Shown in pieces: positions 61,169 to 64,000 of a DNA stretch of 64,000 nt. The notes beneath the pieces were generated by a model. That model made no database searches, was not told the DNA's origin, and worked only from the letters and a program-made list of their open reading frames with translations. The position numbers were made by a program, and so were the translations under genes. Positions within the stretch are counted from its first letter, which is position 1. The number at the start of each line of letters is the position of its first letter. The DNA is taken from positions 805 through 64,804 of the IMG/VR virus record IMGVR_UViG_3300048502_000104. One strand, 5' to 3'. Origin of the DNA: a virus. Its lineage: Duplodnaviria; Caudoviricetes.

Positions 61169-61762
61169 TTAGATCGGGTTGGACGGGTAGTTGAACAGGT
61201 TGTAGACGACGGTCGTGATGCCGGTGCCGCCCCAGGCGGTCTGGAACGTGACGCCGGAGATCGCGGCCGCGGTCGGCGCGCCCCACGCGGACGGCAGCTG
61301 CAGGCCGTTGGCGGCGTTGGTCGTGACGTTGAACAGCGCGATCGGCACGATGCCGGCGACGGCTTGCGGCAGGCTGGTGCCCGACACACCGGACACCGCG
61401 CCCGCGTTGCTCACCGGGTCGGCCTGGCCTTGCGGGGCCGGGATCGGCGCGCTGATCTGGTCGGCCGTGACGATCGCGCCCTGCAGGATGTAGATCGTGC
61501 CGGAGTAATCGAGCGCCCAGATGAAGTTGCACTTCTGGGAGTTGATCAGGTTCTTCGGAACGATCTGACCCTGGTAGGTCGAGCCCACCGCGCTCGGCAG
61601 GAACGTGCCGGCGGCGTTGGTCTGCGCGGTCAGGGTCTTGAGGATCCCGTTGACCGCGTAGGCCACCGTGTTCGCGGTGGTCAACGTGGTGGTGGTACCG
61701 GCCGACGCGCCCGCGCTCGACAGCCCGAGGTAGCCGCCGTTGGTTTCGGAAAGGTTCAACAT
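61169..61762 (-). CDS. Putative capsid decoration protein
   Basis: 197 aa, small-residue rich, GGAG RBS. Confidence 0.55.
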   Translation of the reverse strand: MLNLSETNGGYLGLSSAGASAGTTTTLTTANTVAYAVNGILKTLTAQTNAAGTFLPSAVGSTYQGQIVPKNLINSQKCNFIWALDYSGTIYILQGAIVTADQISAPIPAPQGQADPVSNAGAVSGVSGTSLPQAVAGIVPIALFNVTTNAANGLQLPSAWGAPTAAAISGVTFQTAWGGTGITTVVYNLFNYPSNPI

Positions 61763-61772
61763 GGCGAAACTC

Positions 61773-62294
61773 CTAACGAAAGGTGACCGGCGCGAAGGGT
61801 GCGCTGCCGGCTGGGGCGTTGAAGAAAGTCGAGGTCACGCCCGTTGCATTGAGGTTCGTGGTACCGCCGACGAATGGGTTGGTTGCGTTCTGGATGATCA
61901 CGCCGCCCACGATCACAGTCGGAATCGAGTCGGCCGGCACCGGCCACACGAGCCCGACCAGCGAGGTCGCGGACGCCAGGATCGTTGGCGAGATGAAGCT
62001 GTACAGGGTTCCGTTGGCATCGATGCCGAACAGCACGCACCCGGTCTGTCCCGCGGCAAGACTCAGCCCGGTCAGCGCGGGGAACGCGCTGCCTGCGGCC
62101 TTGCTGACCACGGCGCCATTGATCATCGCGATCAGCGGGTTCGAGCCGACCACGGGGGTCGCGAACGCACCCGTCGCCAGGCCCGCGGGCGCGATGATGT
62201 AGTTGTTCACGCACCAGAACAGCAGCTCGGTGATCGCTTGCCGGGTCAGGCCGTCCGAGAGGTAGGTGAGCCACTTTTTGAAGAATTGCCACAT
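61773..62294 (-). CDS. Putative capsid decoration protein
   Basis: 173 aa, AAGGA RBS, directly after major capsid gene. Confidence 0.55.
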   Translation of the reverse strand: MWQFFKKWLTYLSDGLTRQAITELLFWCVNNYIIAPAGLATGAFATPVVGSNPLIAMINGAVVSKAAGSAFPALTGLSLAAGQTGCVLFGIDANGTLYSFISPTILASATSLVGLVWPVPADSIPTVIVGGVIIQNATNPFVGGTTNLNATGVTSTFFNAPAGSAPFAPVTFR

Positions 62295-62351
62295 GGTCGT
62301 TGTCCTTTGGATTTGGAGGTTGGGTCGTAGCGCGGCTACGACCCGCGCGCC

Positions 62352-63425
62352 TTACAGCGCGGTGACCCCGGCTTCCAGACGGACCAGCCAGGCTTCGTTC
62401 AGCCGCGCGGCCGCGAAGTAGGTCTGCGCGCCGACGTAGCCGAACTGGCCCAGCGGGTTGGCGTGGTTGGTTTGGCTCGCCTTCAGCACGATCGGCTTGA
62501 TGCTGGCCATCCCCTTCAGCGCCACCTGGCCCCAGGCATCTTCGCCCAGGCACAGGAACGGATAGACGTCGACCGCGGCGCCCGCTTGCGACAGGCAGCC
62601 GTTGATGGTCGCGGACCCGCCGGCCAGGAACGGCCGAAGCAGCGGCGAGGTGATGAAGCGGAAGTCCTCGCACGCGCCGATCTCGCGGTCGTGGATCGGC
62701 TTGAAGCTGCCGTAGTCCTCGACCCGGGTGAAGCCCGGCAGGTTCCGAACGTCCGCCATCGCGTCGGTATGAACGAAAACCAGGAACGTCGGCTGCACGG
62801 CGCGGGTCGCGAAGTTCGGCCCCGGGGCGACGCGCGAGGTGATCCGCTTGGCGCGGTTCGCTTCGAGCGAGCGCGCGACCTTGCGCAGCGCATTGATCGA
62901 GATCACGCTGTTCACGTTGGCGCGCGAGGCGACGCCGCCGGCGTAGACGACACTGGAGCCGACCTTCAGGGTGCCGTAGCGGACGAGCTCGAGCACTTCG
63001 GCGAGGGTCTCGCCGACCAGCTTTTGCATCTCGACCGGCACGTCGTCTTCGTACAGCTGCTCGACCTTGCTCGAGAACTTGAACAAGATGCCGAACTGCT
63101 GCAGTGTGACGGTGATGTCCTGGAAGGTGATGGTGTTGCTGTTCGGGGTCGAACCTTCCGCCAGGATGAAGTCGGAATAGTTCAGGCCGGTCGCGCCACC
63201 AGGCGTGCCGACATACCGGGTCGTGTTTTCGATCGCGAGGCCGGCGGTGGTCGCACCGAACGGCAGCGTGCGCCGGAACACGATGGTGTCGGTCGCGTTC
63301 ATCGACAGCTCGCGCTGCGTGCCGAAGTCACCGAGGACGGTGATCGGCTCGGCGTGTTCGAGCATGCCCATCGCGGCACGAATGAGGTTCCGCGAGGGCG
63401 CGGTGCCGTATTGTTGAATCGCCAT
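62352..63425 (-). CDS. Major capsid protein (N4-gp56 family)
   Basis: TIVFRR, LAEGSTP, TLQQFG, EIGACEDFRFI, DVYP...GEDAWG, PLGQFGYVG...LNEAWLVRLE. Confidence 0.88.
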   Translation of the reverse strand: MAIQQYGTAPSRNLIRAAMGMLEHAEPITVLGDFGTQRELSMNATDTIVFRRTLPFGATTAGLAIENTTRYVGTPGGATGLNYSDFILAEGSTPNSNTITFQDITVTLQQFGILFKFSSKVEQLYEDDVPVEMQKLVGETLAEVLELVRYGTLKVGSSVVYAGGVASRANVNSVISINALRKVARSLEANRAKRITSRVAPGPNFATRAVQPTFLVFVHTDAMADVRNLPGFTRVEDYGSFKPIHDREIGACEDFRFITSPLLRPFLAGGSATINGCLSQAGAAVDVYPFLCLGEDAWGQVALKGMASIKPIVLKASQTNHANPLGQFGYVGAQTYFAAARLNEAWLVRLEAGVTAL

Positions 63426-63434
63426 GACTGGCTC

Positions 63435-64000
63435 CTACGAATTGGCGGCCTGGCGCCGGCGCGATAGCGCTGCGGCTTCCTGGGCCCAGATTTGTTCGGG
63501 CGTGAGCTGATCGTCCGACAGCCTGGTGGCCGGCGGGGACGCTCGACGTACGGGCGCAGCTGCCGCGCGCAGCTTCTGCTGACGTTCCGCCGACACGTCG
63601 CGAGTTGCATCGCGCTGCGCGGCCTTGAACTGATTCAGCACTTCGATCGATTCGGCGGCCGATTGCGACTTGAGGAACACCTCATTCGCCTTCGGGTTCG
63701 CTTCCCGGAACTTCGTGAACGCCTCCGACTTCACGACGTCCACCCAGTCCGGGTGGCGCGCGGTGAGCCGTACTTCTTCCTGGACGCGTGCGGACTGGGC
63801 CCGCATGTCGTCGAGAGTCTTCTGGACCTGCTGCTGCAGGGCCACGAATCGTTCTTCGCCCACGTTCGCGGCGCGTTCGGCCGCGGTCTTCGCGTCGACG
63901 AACTGCTCCATCGCGTCGGCCCAGTCGGGGAAGTCTTTCTTCAGCTCTTCCCACTTGGCCGGCGTCTTGAACGCCGCTTTGATCGCCTGCTCGTTCGGCG
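63435..64000 (-). CDS. Scaffolding protein (5' part beyond window)
   Basis: Frame open to the edge; HPDWVDVV...F...W pattern and basic C-terminus directly upstream of the capsid gene. Confidence 0.65.
   Translation of the reverse strand, partial: PNEQAIKAAFKTPAKWEELKKDFPDWADAMEQFVDAKTAAERAANVGEERFVALQQQVQKTLDDMRAQSARVQEEVRLTARHPDWVDVVKSEAFTKFREANPKANEVFLKSQSAAESIEVLNQFKAAQRDATRDVSAERQQKLRAAAAPVRRASPPATRLSDDQLTPEQIWAQEAAALSRRRQAANS

Noticed and set aside
62322-62344. Hairpin after the capsid gene (and at 61134-61153) as terminators
   Set aside because: Good stems but no U-tract on the coding strand; more likely mRNA-stabilising hairpins.

Overview
This window is most of a high-GC tailed dsDNA phage genome, probably podovirus-like and circularly permuted; both ends break inside minus-strand late genes. 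It has five blocks. (i) 1-14.5 kb, minus strand: endolysin, virion proteins, portal, terminase, a CAT-anticodon tRNA and a coupled Tad2-Acb2 anti-defence sponge pair. (ii) 14.6-19.6 kb, plus strand: an early-type region in which four intergenic repeats fold as type II hammerhead ribozymes, each between a stop codon and the next RBS, followed by a 9-aa tandem-repeat protein. (iii) 19.6-29.8 kb, minus strand: Q-like protein, HNH nuclease, SNF2 helicase, VRR-NUC, a candidate origin, AEP primase-helicase, small membrane ORFs, a Cro-like HTH protein and a dATP/dGTP diphosphohydrolase. (iv) 29.9-40.5 kb, plus strand: NDT, MazG, DUF2800, DUF2815 SSB, family A DNA polymerase, RNA ligase and an Acb4-like ORF. 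(v) 40.5-64 kb, minus strand: a 3308-aa polyvalent ejection protein, other internal virion proteins, a holin, three paralogous tail fibre/spike genes, tail proteins, N4-gp56-type major capsid and a partial scaffold. The most notable signal is the hammerhead array, which could cut the early transcript into 5'-OH/2',3'-cyclic-phosphate cassettes that could be circularised. I recognised no integrase, CRISPR array or reverse transcriptase. All family assignments come from motifs recognised by eye, not database searches; many start codons were reassigned by hand from RBS and stop/start overlaps.
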